Shown here piece by piece: positions 24,874 through 37,303 of a DNA stretch of 64,000 nucleotides. The notes below the pieces were generated by a model that saw only the letters and a program-made list of their open reading frames with translations, did no database searches and had not been told where the DNA came from. The translations under genes were made by a program, and so were the position numbers. The stretch's first letter is position 1; each line of letters opens with the position of its first letter. Location of the stretch: NCBI GenBank assembly GCA_973895155.1, contig OZ316892.1, positions 12,030,238-12,094,237 of the forward strand, written 5' to 3'. Origin of the DNA: Marsupella aquatica. Its lineage: Eukaryota; Plantae; Marchantiophyta.

Positions 24874-26149
24874 GCCACCCCTCGAGCGCGCGCGAGCTCC
24901 CTTCTCCCTCCCTACGCTTGAAATTTGTCAAATGCCGCTGAGTACGCCGCGGCCGAGTGCAAAAGTACAAGCGGGAAAGACTTGCGAAGCAACCCGTTTC
25001 ACAAGTTGCGATTCTTCTTGTTTCGCATATAGTTTCTCAATTTTGCGAAACCATTGCGACGTGAAAGGCTTCACAACACCTTCGCTCTCTCACAGAAATG
25101 CTCTCGGGCTCTGTTTTTCTGAAGGTCGTGCGAAAGCAGCAGCTTCGCAAACCTCAATTCTAATTTGTGATGGTATTTGCGAAGGAAGCGGCTTCGCAAG
25201 ACATTGGCAACTCGTCCTGGGGGAATGTTGGTTTCATTTGAAAGGGTTTTTTCAAAGGTGAAGTGGACCCCTCTATACTCATATTTGGAATGCTTTTTGG
25301 CCATGTTTTGGGTGTTAGATAATAGTTGAAGGCGGGTTTGAAGGGTTAGGCAGATTTCAGGTTAATGGGTTATGTATGGTGTTGGTTTAGGCTAAGGTTT
25401 GGGTTTATATTAGTTTAGAAGAAATAATAAAGGTGTGGGATTTGGTTTACAAGAAATAAGTAAGGTTTGGGTTTAGGGTTTTAGGGTTTGGGGTTTTTAA
25501 ATAGAAAGGTCTCTAGGGTTGAAGAAAGGTTTGGGTTTGTGTGTAAGTCAGATTTAGGTTTAATAGGAAGGAAGGTTTGGATAAGACAAAGCAAGGTTTC
25601 ATGAGATTTATATTGCAGCCTTTTGGGTTTAAGAGAGGTTCATTGGGTTTATGAATCAAAAGGGGATTGGCATGGGTTTTGCTAACAAAGGAGGGGAATA
25701 TATGATAGCTTGCAGGGGGCGGCACTTTTTGATGATTTGATACTAATGCATATGCATTGTGAGAGCCCGGGCATCTGAAAGGTAAACATTGCATGATCGG
25801 CTAAAGTGTTCCTTTCATGTACTTAACACTTTTGGTTGCCACTATGTATAAAGGGGACATGTGTATAGGGTTTTTTGTTCTTGTCTGGTCCAGATTATTG
25901 TGCTTACATATACATGGAATGGTTGCAGCTTTTCCCTCATACTTTCAGATTGGGTTCATTAATTATCTTACAGCCACAAGACCTATTGGCACTGCTGAGC
26001 CCGGGTCTCATAAAGGTACCTTTTTTATTGCTATGGTCATTTTGGTTTGGGTTTCTTGTCATCATTATTTGGGAACTTTGATTTATATCATTTTGTGGTA
26101 TGTTTTGGTCATAACATGCCCATTTTAATTATATCTTGTTACAGGGGAT

Positions 26150-27299
26150 ATGTCTTCATCTTCTGAAATCTCCACCACAGACTCGTCCTCCTCTGATGAA
26201 GATACACCACCTCCACCTCAACATCACACGACCGCACCTCCTCCTCGCGGTCCACCCCGTCAACTTTGTGAATGTTCCAGATGTGTGGGTCAGGTTTCCC
26301 AAAAATCTTACATATGTGCCCAACATATTGAGAGATATGGGCGTTGTGGACGTCATACGGCAGGGGCTTCTTCATCTCATATGGTAAGTGTTATGCCTTA
26401 GTTTTCCTACCCTATTCCCATTACTCAATGGTTGAAGGTTTGCAATTTCACACCTACTTTTGTTTGTTTTGGTTTCGGTGGAATAGGTATCCAATAGGCC
26501 TAGACCTGCGGCACAAGCACCCTATGTCCCATCACAAGGTGTTCTAGATGCTATAGGCAATGCATTCTCAAAAGCCTTGGGTCTAGCAAGGCCCACCAGT
26601 CCTAGGGAAGTTGGGGTTGAGGCTATTGTCCCAAGAGGGAGAAAGCGTTCCAAGAGGCGGGCCCGAGGGGATACTGATTTGTACAAGGCAGTGGTTACGG
26701 GTCGGTGGGGTGATTGTGAGTTCACTGGCAGATGTGTCCCTATCATCAAGGACTGGGATCCTGAGACTCTTGGTTTGCCACAACAGCTTTCCTACGGTGC
26801 GGAGGTAGAGGTTTGGGGTAGACGTTGGGTTATCAAACCTTCCACAGTTGGGGATAAACATGGCTATGGATTTTTTGCCTGTGAGGACATCATTGTGGAC
26901 GCCGAGAGTGGTAGAGGTGGACGCGGCCGAGAGGGGCCTACTTTGTTTCCTTATGGTGGACCCATCTACAAGAGAAGACATTGGAACATGATCCTTGCAC
27001 AACACCCTGAGTGGAAGACTTATGCATTGGACATGGATACTTTTGATGGAAACACTAGAAGGTATAGTGAGCAGCGTGTCATAGATGGGGACCCCATACG
27101 GACTGGGAATATTGCTGGTTTCATAAACAGTACCGTGGGGACTCGCCCTAAGCGTAGGCAAAATTGTGAGTGGGTTTTCATTGAGGGTCCTCCGCCAGCA
27201 CCTTATGGCCAGACATATCATCATGACCATTGCCTAGTTGTAGCAACAAGGACCATTAACTCAGGGGATGAGTTATTTACTCAATATGAGTGGGATTAG
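26150..27299 (+). CDS. Two-exon SET-domain protein (348 aa) with an N-terminal transposase-associated Zn motif, inside CACTA 1
   Basis: Exon 1 26150-26383 (CECSRC..HIERYG; donor GTAAGT, phase 0); acceptor AATAG| before 26487, in frame. SET motifs: IKPSTVGDKHGYGFFACEDI, PYGG, IDGDPIRTGNIAGFINS, NCEW, ATRTINSGDELFTQY. Confidence 0.85.
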
Positions 27300-27475
27300 G
27301 GTTAAGTTAAGGGTCATAGGTGGTATGTTGCATATCAAAGGACACTACATATGGCCTTTGGCCACATTTTGTATTTGCACCACAACCAATATTATTTCAT
27401 TTTTGCACACCCCTAGCCCATTTTTGTGTGTGTTCTCTTTGCAATATAACTTTCAATTGTTTGCTTTGTTTTTAG

Positions 27476-30400
27476 AATGTGCGACCCTCTCCAAATATGT
27501 TACCACGGAGATTGAGAGCAACATATCGAGAAATGGGTATGCCAGAAGAAGGACATGGATCAGAGTCACACTCCTCATCAAGTGCTAGTGGAAGCAGTAA
27601 CCCTGATGAAGAGGTACCTCAGACGGATGAACAAGTAACTGATGACCAGGATAGAGCCATGGATGACTTTATGGTTGATTGGTTTGGTGCCGAAAACCTT
27701 GGTGATGACCTTCCCAATGAAGGGCAGGTGCCCCCCAATGATCCATGCCCAAGACATACCCCTGAGGGACAACGCCAATGGGAAGAAGCAGAGGAACATG
27801 CCCGAACACCTATCTATGAGGGTGCTCGTTTGAGTCGTCTTTCAGCCATCTTGGGGTTGATGAACCTATAGGCCAAACACAAGGCAAGCAATGCCTTGTT
27901 ATCTGATATGTTTGCACTTTGCCATGACCTTATGTTGCCCACTGAGAATGTGTTGCCAGCAACTTGGAAGGAGGCAAAGAGTGTTCTCTCATCTATTGGC
28001 ATGGAATATCATATTGTTCATGCATGTGTGAATGATTGCATGTTATTTCATGGGGCCAATGCAAACATGACACAATGTACAACATGTGATGAGCCTCGCT
28101 ATGACCCCAACATGCTAACAAAGAAGGTGCCAAGGAAGGCTGTTCGTTGGTTTCCCATCATTCCTCGGTTGTTGCACATGTATCGGTAATCTGACTTGGC
28201 AGAGTTGATGGTATGGCATAAGACTCATCGATCAGAGTCTGGTGTCATGCGGTTGCCAGTTGACTCCCCTGCTCACAAACATATTGAGGCAACATGGCCA
28301 GACTTTGCACATGATCCTTGCCATGTGAGGCTGGGATTGGCATCTGATGGAGTTAGCCCTCATTCACTTGGAGGAAAGGGGCAACCTACATCAGTTTGGC
28401 CTGTGGTTGTCATGAATTATAACTCCCACCATGGCTATCCATGAAGAAGGGGTTCCTTTTATTGTCTTTGATTATCCCAGGTCCAAAAAAGGTGAAGAAC
28501 TTTGACACTTACTTGGCACTATTGGTTGGAGAACTTCAAAAATTATGGAATGGAGTGTGGGCATATGATGGCAGGAAAATTACAGGAGGTTTTCCACGTG
28601 TCTTTCAATTGAGAGGGATCATTTGTTGGACAATGCATGACTATCCTGGTAAGATGACTTCCATGCCATTTGCAACCCTTCAATAATGTGTAGTTCCTAG
28701 TGATGTTTCTCATGTGACAACTCTAACATAAAATTTGCATGGTTTGATTTCTTCTATGTAAGCAGGGTTTGGTTTTGTCTCTGGATTGCAAACTCAGGGG
28801 TACAAAGCTTGCTCTACTTGTGGCCCAAGCTTAGAGGACATGGCCACATATTGTTCATGGATTAGAAAGATTGTTTATAATGGGCATACAAAGTTTCTTC
28901 CCATGGGGCATGAGATGAGGTTTGACCTACTTCTATTCTCCTCCTTTGACATGCCATTTGGTGATGAGCGTGAAATTCCTGATGTAACAAGTTTTGCACA
29001 TTGGAAGTCACTAGCTGATAGGGTGGCAGACCCAAATGATTCCTTCACCTTTGATAGGACAGGTTTGACCAGGTGGAGTATACTAGCCACTTTGCCCTAT
29101 TGGTCTGAGTTGAAGATCCGTCATCTTTTAGACCCCATGCACATAGAGGGAAATGTGGGGAAGGCTTTGATAAAGCATTTTTATGGGGAGAAGGACACTA
29201 ATTTTAGGGAGGCATGCAAGGAGATGGAAATGCATCCAGATGTTTGGGTGACAATTGATCCTATCACAGGTGTGAAGAATCGTCCTTCTGCTCCTTGGGT
29301 GTTGAGTGTTGGCCAAAGACGTGAATTTCGGAACCGTATAGGAGAGATGCGGTTTCCTACAGGCTATGGTGCTAACCTTCGAAAAGCTTTTGGGATGGAG
29401 GACAATCACAAGTGGCCACGATATCTAAAGACACATGACTATCATCGCCTATTGCAACATATATTGCCAGTGGCAATTATAGGTATAGGGAGTGAAGAAG
29501 TGCAAGATGTCATCTGGTCATTGGGTCGTTTGTTGAGATGGATATGCTCAAAGGAGATATATGTAGAAGAGATCCCTGGGATGGAGGTATTGGCAGCTGA
29601 GGTGGTATGCAAGTTGGAGAAAGCCCTTCCTCCTTCCTTCTTTGATTGTCAGGTTCATTTACTTGTGCATCTTGTGCGGGAGGTTGCCATTGCAGGTCCA
29701 ATGTATTGTAGATGGATGTATTGGCTTGAGCGTTACATGGCGGTGTTGAAGGCTTATGTACGTAACCGTGCACGGGTGGAGGGAAGCATAGCTACAGGAT
29801 ACTTGGCAGCAGAGAGTATGTTTTATTGTAGTAACATCTTGGCCACCATTGATCCTACTTGTCCACGTACTTGGATGGAGGAAAGAGAAGAGGAGGAGGA
29901 CCGTTTAACAGGTGCCACAAAAACACGCATGTTGATATCAACACTCCACAGTTGACAACATTTATGTTGAGTAATAGTAATATCATGGAGAAATGGAGAG
30001 AGTTTTATGAGAATGCCAAGAGAACAAGTCAAAGAGCAAGAATTTTTCCTAAGATGCATGAGTATATGAAGCAAAAGTTGCTTGAGTTGGATGACATGGT
30101 GACACAAGGAGGAGATGTGTCCCACTTTCCTACCATCACAGATGACGTTCGGACCATTGTTCATGGCCCTTTGAGAGTGGTGACATCCAAGACGGCTATG
30201 TGGACACAAGGGAGACACTTCAGGTCCACTAGTACCTAACCTTTCTTCCTCTATTAATTCATGTAGACCTTATTTTGATTAGTTATTTCTATTGTTTAAA
30301 AACTTTCTATTATCATTAATGACATCCATGACTGTAATGTTGGCTTCTATATTTATGCCATAGGCCATGTGGGTTTTGGCTATTTAGGGATGGGTGTCAT

Positions 30401-30961
30401 ATTTTGATGATTATTACATTAATGGTATCTTTTACAGTGTAATAAAAATTTGTGGGTTTTGTTAATTTCAGGGTTTCTTCCCTTGATGAGAAGAGGGGTC
30501 GTACTTTTGATTGTGGAGTTCAAGGGGAATTTTCTCAAGACTCCAGAAGCAGCCGCCATGACAGGAACATTGTTAGAGATGTTGTGCCACACTATGGGAA
30601 GATAGAGGAGATCTTGGTGGTATCATATGACAACCATTCAAAGTTTGAGGAATATGTCTTCAAGTGCAAGTGGTTCAAAGTGAACCTTGTTGGTCAAAAT
30701 TGCACTGTACTTCAAGATGAGAGTGGGTTTACACGGTTGAAGACAAGTGCCACTAGTGTTCAAGCATCTCATTGGCAAACGTCAGAACCATTTGCTTTCC
30801 CATCACACTTGGAGCAATGTTTCTACATTCCATACCCCTTAGACACCGAGTGGTCAATTGTCATCACCTATGTGCCACGTTCTCGTTCCATTGTTTCTGA
30901 GAAGCCAGATGTTATTGTATCAGACCTAGATGACCTTGAGGCCGATGAGGACCAAGTGTGA
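27476..30961 (+). pseudogene. TnpD/Tnp2 transposase of CACTA 1 (Transposase_21, DUF4218, DUF4216 regions), disrupted
   Basis: HACVNDC..C..C, GLASDGVSP, MHDYPG, LDPMHIEGN, LKTHDYH, PPSFFDCQVHLLVH, WMYWLERYM, FKCKWF, EPFAFPS. Introns 28649-28765 and 30224-30471. Stops at 27869 and 28187; frameshifts near 28425 and 29935. Probable exon 1 is 26150-26383. Confidence 0.92.
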
Positions 30962-31959
30962 GGGACATATTTATATGCACTTGGGTCCAGCCTAGACATT
31001 TGTTCATGTTATATTTGATTTGTTCATGTTTGGTGATATAAAAAAAAGGATTGTCTATATTTATATTTGCCATTCACTTTGGAATGAGTCATACTCATGA
31101 CATATGTATTGTATTGTTTTATTGTGATCACTTGTGAATTTTACATGCAACTTTCTATCTAACCTTTGTTGCTCAATATAACTTTATTTCCTACTTATTC
31201 CATAATTTTCATTCTCACTCTCGTGTTTCCCTCCTCCGTGGTACGTTTGTCCCTCCTCCTCCCTTCCTCTTTCTCCTCCCTCCTTCCTCTTCCATTGTAC
31301 TCCCTCCCTTTTCCATCCTTCATTGTACCTCCCTCCATCCTCCCTTCCTCTTCCCTCCTGCCCCATCCATATATTGGACCATCCACCCTCTTCATTGTCT
31401 CACCTCACAATAATCTTAATTTTTAGTTTGCAAACAATTTGCGAAGCTCACAAACTCTCACCGGACTCGCAATTTCTATGAATCTTCTTGTTTCTCAATA
31501 TTTCCATACTACACTCTTTGCACACTTGTGATGCAAAATCAATCACAAATTTCATATTTTCACCGTTTCGCAAATCTTTCATCCTCCGACATTCTTAAAC
31601 TTGTCAAACAACTACTATCGCAAAACATTTTCAATCCAATCTTCTTCGCAAATATTTACATGAGTTAGTTTCAGAGTCGGCGAGCGATTTTTCCATCTTC
31701 GGAAGGCGCCTTTCTATTCGACGCGTTTCGGTAAAATTTGCAAAACCACGTACTTCGCAATTTATTAGCGATATAATGTACTTCAGCTATTATATTTGCG
31801 ATAGGGATAGAATCGCAAATTGTGATGCGGGTTGATTCGCAAAATATGCAAAGCGCCGCCCATCGGAAATACAAGAGCGTCGACAAACATACCTTCGCAA
31901 AAGTGTCAAATATGTTGTAGTGAGTAGAAGTAGGATGGGTTTGTTATTATCAATTGCGT

Positions 31960-34900
31960 GCCTCATGGAATGTTTGTGGCTTGTGCAAGCCAAATAGAAA
32001 ACATGTAGCGAAAAACTGGGTTTAGACTTCCTTGAAAATACCTATGATGGCTCTTTGTTAGAATTAACTCTTAGGTCTAGAGTCACAACTATATTGCTGC
32101 ACACACACTATCCCCAAATGGTGTTTGCTTGGATAGTGGGAACTCAGGCTCATTGTTACGGAGCCAGTTGAGAGATAGGGAGAGCTTGTGCTATGGATGT
32201 TTGGTATGGCTAGTCAGCCTAGATCGAGTGTAGTATAGCCAGAGTATAGCTCTTGTGTGTTCCCGTGGATGGAGCCTCATGTGGAGGTGAACCACATATC
32301 TCTCTCTGTCGACTACATGATTGTTGGATGGTTATGGGCATGTCGTTGTGAATGTTGTCTATGCTCGATCAACACTCTTGCCTTACAAGAAGTGAAGGCG
32401 AACGTTTTTAGATTAGTCAATGCAATGAGACTTCTTCTTCCTAGATATGAGGCAGTCTCTTCTTTTCCAGATGAGGGGAGAGGAGGGACATCATTACTTC
32501 TACATCTATTGCTGAGGATTCTTGAATCAAGATTAATTGATAAAGGGCGAGCAGTATGGGTAAGAGTGGAACACACGAAAGGAAATTTTGGGCTCATTAG
32601 CATTTATGCTCCAAACTCCCCACAGGAACACCCTTTACTTTGGCACAAACTTAAAAATGTTTTGCCTCAAGAAAAGTGGATATTTGCGGAGACTTTAACA
32701 TGACAAAAAGCATAGACGACTCATCTGGACCTTCACCACTTATTAAGGGAAGAGAGGAGGAGTTCTGGAGGTTTCTAAAAATGAGACTCAACCTAGAAGA
32801 TGCAATCATCATTGTTGAACAAGAGTATGAAGGCTCCAAATTCACTTGGAGAAGAACGATCAATGGAAGGCTTGTACAGTCTCGACTTGATAGATTTTAC
32901 CTGAGTGAAAGAGGATGGTGGACAGGTGAGACTGTGAAATTAAAACATGATAGAGGATCTGCATGCTCTAACCATGACCCGATTCTTCTCAGGTTCAGAC
33001 TCATCGGGAGACTCATGGTAGTGGAAGTGGAAGAGGAGGGAATGTAGTATCACACTAGGAGCATAAATCAGTTTTTAAGGTCCAAAACGTTACTGGTATT
33101 TGTTCCCATGGAAAAACAAGTAAGGAATGATTTTCTATCATTTAACACTTATGAATGACTAAGGTAACAAAAACCCAGGTTTGAGCCTTTTACTATGGTT
33201 GTTCATCAAGGCATAGATTTGAATGTTTGCTTAACATTGTAAATAAAAATAACAAAATGGAAAAAATTAACAAAATACAAGGAAATCTTGAGGTATAATG
33301 ATGGAGTCTGAAAAACACCCAGGTAACTTCTCCTCAATATTTCATTTGATGTGATTTAGGTGGTATATCCATAAGAACATTTTTGGCAAGGATTTTTATT
33401 TTATTTTATTTTATTTTAATTTTATTCCGCGTGAACCCCACGGATGGGGAAAACAAGCAGGCCAAAAGGTTTTGGCAAGGATTATTGTACTAGGATGATC
33501 ACTAAAATGCCGTCAACACGTCTCAAGTTTTTCTTCCAAAGGTACTCAGAAGAAACTAGTCACCAATCACTTTGATATCCAATCGGTACTCCGAGTCACG
33601 AATAATAAACACCATCATGATCAAATTGAAGTCATAAATCATTGATTGTAAGTAATTATTCTTAGCATCCCATGCTCAAGCAAGGTAACGCCAACAATTA
33701 TGCATCAAGAACTCAAGAAGATGGGTTGTCACCACTTAAAGAACCTATTCCCTCATACTTCTGAAATTCACCCTCATACTCTTTTTGCCTGAACAAAATG
33801 AGCTTGTGTCTCTCTATTTGGGCTACTAAATTCCTCTCCTTAATTTACTGGAAGAACCATTCTTGTGAAACATGTATTGCAAGCAATCCCGATTTACCAC
33901 ATGATGTTTTTACACTCATCAGAAGCATCGGTCAAAACTATGATAACTTTATGCCTAGATTTTCTTTGGGGATAGAAAGTGATGGGAGGGAAGAAAATTC
34001 CCCTCGTGGTGTGGGGACAATTACCCGACCCAGAGTTGATGGAGGTCTGGGCCTCAAGAATTTTAGAAGCCACTCAGATGCTCTTCTTAGTCAATGGTTT
34101 AACAAGACTCTAGATTCACCTGCATCGGAATGGGCTCAGTTACTTTATGCCAATCTCAAACTTGCAAAATGGAGAAATAGGAAGGGCATTAGAAGGAATG
34201 GCTACTCTTTAGTGGATTGTCTCTTGCTCTGCTACCCCAGATCATTCAGTGGACTCATGTACACGGGTCATCTATGGAAGGCGTGGACAACATTACGTAA
34301 GCATCTTATTTTCTCCCTAGGTGAGTCAACGGTGGAGGATGTACCTTGGGCCCTTTTCCTGATTACCCCTTGTTATTTCCATTTTAGTATTAAAAGTTCC
34401 CTTATTACCGGTAATAATTATAATTATTAGTTCACGTCCTCCATGTATTAGTTAAGACTGAGGGCTCAGGGAGGATGTACTTAGATGTATCGAGGGTTTT
34501 CAGGTCCTGGATGATGGTTCTATATGTGCCATAGTTAAAGGATGTGGACGAATTGGCCTGAGTGAAGAAAATATCAGACTTTGGCAAGGATGGAGTGACT
34601 CCTGACAATTTAGGAGACAGGCTTGACACGATCAGAGGGATGGAAGTGGATATAAAGGAGTTATGCCTTTGGTTCATTTCCTCCATTAGATGCACAATAG
34701 ATAGGGCTATGACAGGTGGTTGGGCCTTCCAGTGGAATGGTCAGATAAGGATGTGAGACTTTGCAAGTTCACTATTCCTAATGCAAGAATGTATGATTTG
34801 CTGAGGCCTAGAGGTTTGGATTACATTAGACTTAATCGGATCTGGGAGGCGACAGTTGCAGAACCAGAATGGAAAATTATTTGGCTTTCAGTATGGCAGT

Positions 34901-35380
34901 CTGCACTTTCTCTGAAATCTCACACATTTATATGGAGAATATTGGCGCAAGGACTTTTCATCGGAGACAAGGCTCTCAAGATTGGGAAAGGTAATGGCAA
35001 TTGTGGATTGTGCTCTATTGAATGGAAAACTATCCCACACATTTCTTCAAGTGCCAATTCGCTATTAGAGCTTGGAATTTAGTCTACAAAACTGTTTCCA
35101 AAGATAATTACATGGCCTGACCTCGACCCTCTCTCGCTGATAAAAGCATTTAAAGGTTCCAATTTCCAGTCAATAGTACTCTCTTTCATAGTTTTTCAGG
35201 TCTTTTGGGCTCTTTGGCTGGCAAGGAACAACAAGTTATTCAACAATGGCAGAAACAGGTCTTTCAATCTAAATAATATTCTCTCTAAAATGCTAGCTAG
35301 ATCATTTACATGGTCTTTGTGAGTATTCAGGGCCAAGTAGGAGACACACTCGGCTATTAAGGAGTTAGGACTGAAAGGCT
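31960..35380 (+). mobile_element. Fragmented L1-type LINE ORF2 (endonuclease, RT C-terminal part, zf-RVT)
   Basis: ASWNVCGL..ALQEVK, SIYAPN, GDFN, FTW..SRLDRFY, NHDPI; later TITRPRVDGGLGLKNF and FIWRILAQGL..CGLC. The RT core is missing (unrelated sequence ~33050-33880). Confidence 0.85.
32056..32374 (+). mobile_element. Solo LTR, family A (copy 3), inserted in the LINE endonuclease
   Basis: TGTTAG...TCAACA ends; perfect TSD CTCTT (32051-32055 / 32375-32379); removing it rejoins ..PMMAL/ALQEVK. Confidence 0.9.
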
Positions 35381-35384
35381 GAAG

Positions 35385-36960
35385 AACAAGGAGGCTCGAT
35401 TCCATATTTGTCATAGTTGAGCTTGGATATTCCTTACGACCTTTGATCCACCTCCCGTAGCTTGATCTTGTATATCCACTTGCTGTCCACCACTTGCTGA
35501 CCCTTAGGCAGCTTAACAAGCTCCCAAGTTTTGTTGTCCTTCAGTGACTGCATCTCTGTTTGCATTGCTGCAGTCCACTTCTACTTCTCCTTTGAAGCAC
35601 TTGCCTCATCAAATGAAGAAGGTTCCCCTTCTTCCAAAATTAACGCATCACCCTCATCATCAGCTGCAAAATCGTCCTCTTGCAGTTGAGATGAATCAAC
35701 CCACTGTCCATACCTAAGAGGAGCGCATACAGTGCGACCAGATGTTCTTCTAGCCGATGACTTCGGTTGAATTACGTCTACTGGTACAATTTGAAGCTCA
35801 GCAGCATCTATTTGCTGCTCAGCAGCATCAACAAACTCCTCTTGTTCCTCTGACACAGGAACCAGCTCCATACTTGGAGCACCTCCTTCTCTCCAATCAT
35901 GCACTTCATGATCAATCTCCCCCTCAACAAGATCCGAGATATGAGATTTTCCTTTGTCAATACGGGAGACCTGAGTATTCTCCCCCTCCTTCAATAATCT
36001 AGATTCATTGAAGGAAACATCCCTACGGACAAAGAGCTTACAGGCAATAGGATCCCATAGCCTGTAGGCCTTCACACCACTCTGATACCCAAGAAAAATA
36101 CATTTCTTGGATGTAGGATCCAACTTGGTCTTATTTTGCTTTGGTGTGAGAGCATATGCATCACTTCCGAAAACTACCAAGCCATGATAGTCTGCTTGCC
36201 ACTTATAACGCATTTCAAACGTCGTTTTGAAATTGATTGCACTAGAAGGAGAAAGATTTACCAAATAAGCTGCAGTATTGACAGCTTTTGCCCAAAATTC
36301 TTGTGGTAAACCTGATTGGCTTAGCATACTCCGTGACCGCTCTAATAGTGTTCGATTGAGCCTCTCAGCGACACCATTCTGCTGTGGAGTATAAACTATG
36401 GTGAGATGACGAGTTATCCCCTGTTCTGCACAGTACTCTTCAAATTCTATTGAAGTGTACTCCTCACCGTTGTCTAACCTCAGACCCTTCACCCTGGTAT
36501 CCAAACACTTAACCGTGTTTCTCGTTTGATTCTCCACTTGGGCCTTTCGTTTTGTAAAAATGGACAAGACATCAAACTTATGCGTCATGAAATAAATTCA
36601 TACAAATCTCAAGTAATTGTCAATAAAAGATACATAGTACAATTTTCTAGAATGTGAAGGAGTCGGGGATGGTCTCCACACGTCACTATGTATGTACTCA
36701 AGAATCGCTTTGGAACAATGAGTTTCAACACCAAAAGCACGATGATGTTGCTTTTCAAAAATGCAATGCTCACATAAATCCAATTTACAAGATTGCAAAT
36801 CAGAAATGAGCCCATTCTTTCGCAAGATAGTCGTGAATGCCATAGTTGAGTCATTTTCTCGTGAGACTTGGTTACATTGGCCTCTCCATATACTATATTG
36901 CCCTGTAGCACATACAAATTATTCTATCTGCTCCCCTTCAAAATCATTGTCTCTCCCAAC
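35385..36960 (-). mobile_element. Ty1/copia pol fragment (GAG-pre-integrase, integrase, start of RT)
   Basis: LWHSRL, CEHC, IHSDVW, LRLDNGEEY, YTPQQNGVAERLNRTL, KLDPTSKKCIFLGY, EPSSFDEA, then W..AMQTEMQSLKDNKTWELV. Integrase precedes RT; stops and frameshifts present. Confidence 0.9.
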
Positions 36961-37150
36961 ATGACTTGAAGTTCTCCATCAATTACTCGCCATTGATGAC
37001 CATTCACTAGTACATTTTATCTCCTTTTTCCGATTCTCTCCACATCGGATGCCTTTGTAAAATAAATTTTGAAAAACCATACATCCGATACTACTAGCAT
37101 CGCAACATGCCATTTTAATAGTATCGGATATCGACAATCGGACTTCTATC

Positions 37151-37303
37151 GGAAAGTCCGATGGTGGGAGAATGGGAAAGTCCGATGCTAGGAGAATGGG
37201 AAAGTCCGATGGTGAGAGAATGGGAAAGTCCGATGCTAGGAGAATGGGAAAGTCCGATGGTGAGAGAATGGGAAAGTCCGATGCTAGGAGAATGGGAAAG
37301 TCC
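37151..37303. repeat. 24-bp minisatellite with two strictly alternating variants (48-bp higher-order unit)
   Basis: GGAAAGTCCGATGGTG(G/A)GAGAATG alternates with GGAAAGTCCGATGCTAGGAGAATG; 6 full units plus a partial one. Confidence 0.9.

Larger units (their letters stand above)
22215..31922 (+). mobile_element. Complete CACTA (En/Spm) transposon 1, 9.7 kb
   Basis: TIRs CACTACAACA..ACAC(C)TTTTGCGAA at both ends; dense subterminal TTCGCAA/TTGCGAA repeats; AGTA on both flanks; encodes TnpD-like and TnpA-like genes. Confidence 0.95.

Noticed and set aside
26583-27230. 215-aa antisense ORF
   Set aside because: Shadow of the SET exon; no motifs.
31166-31426. Hydrophobic or Pro/Ser-rich ORFs
   Set aside because: CT-rich low-complexity tract in the CACTA 1 subterminal region.
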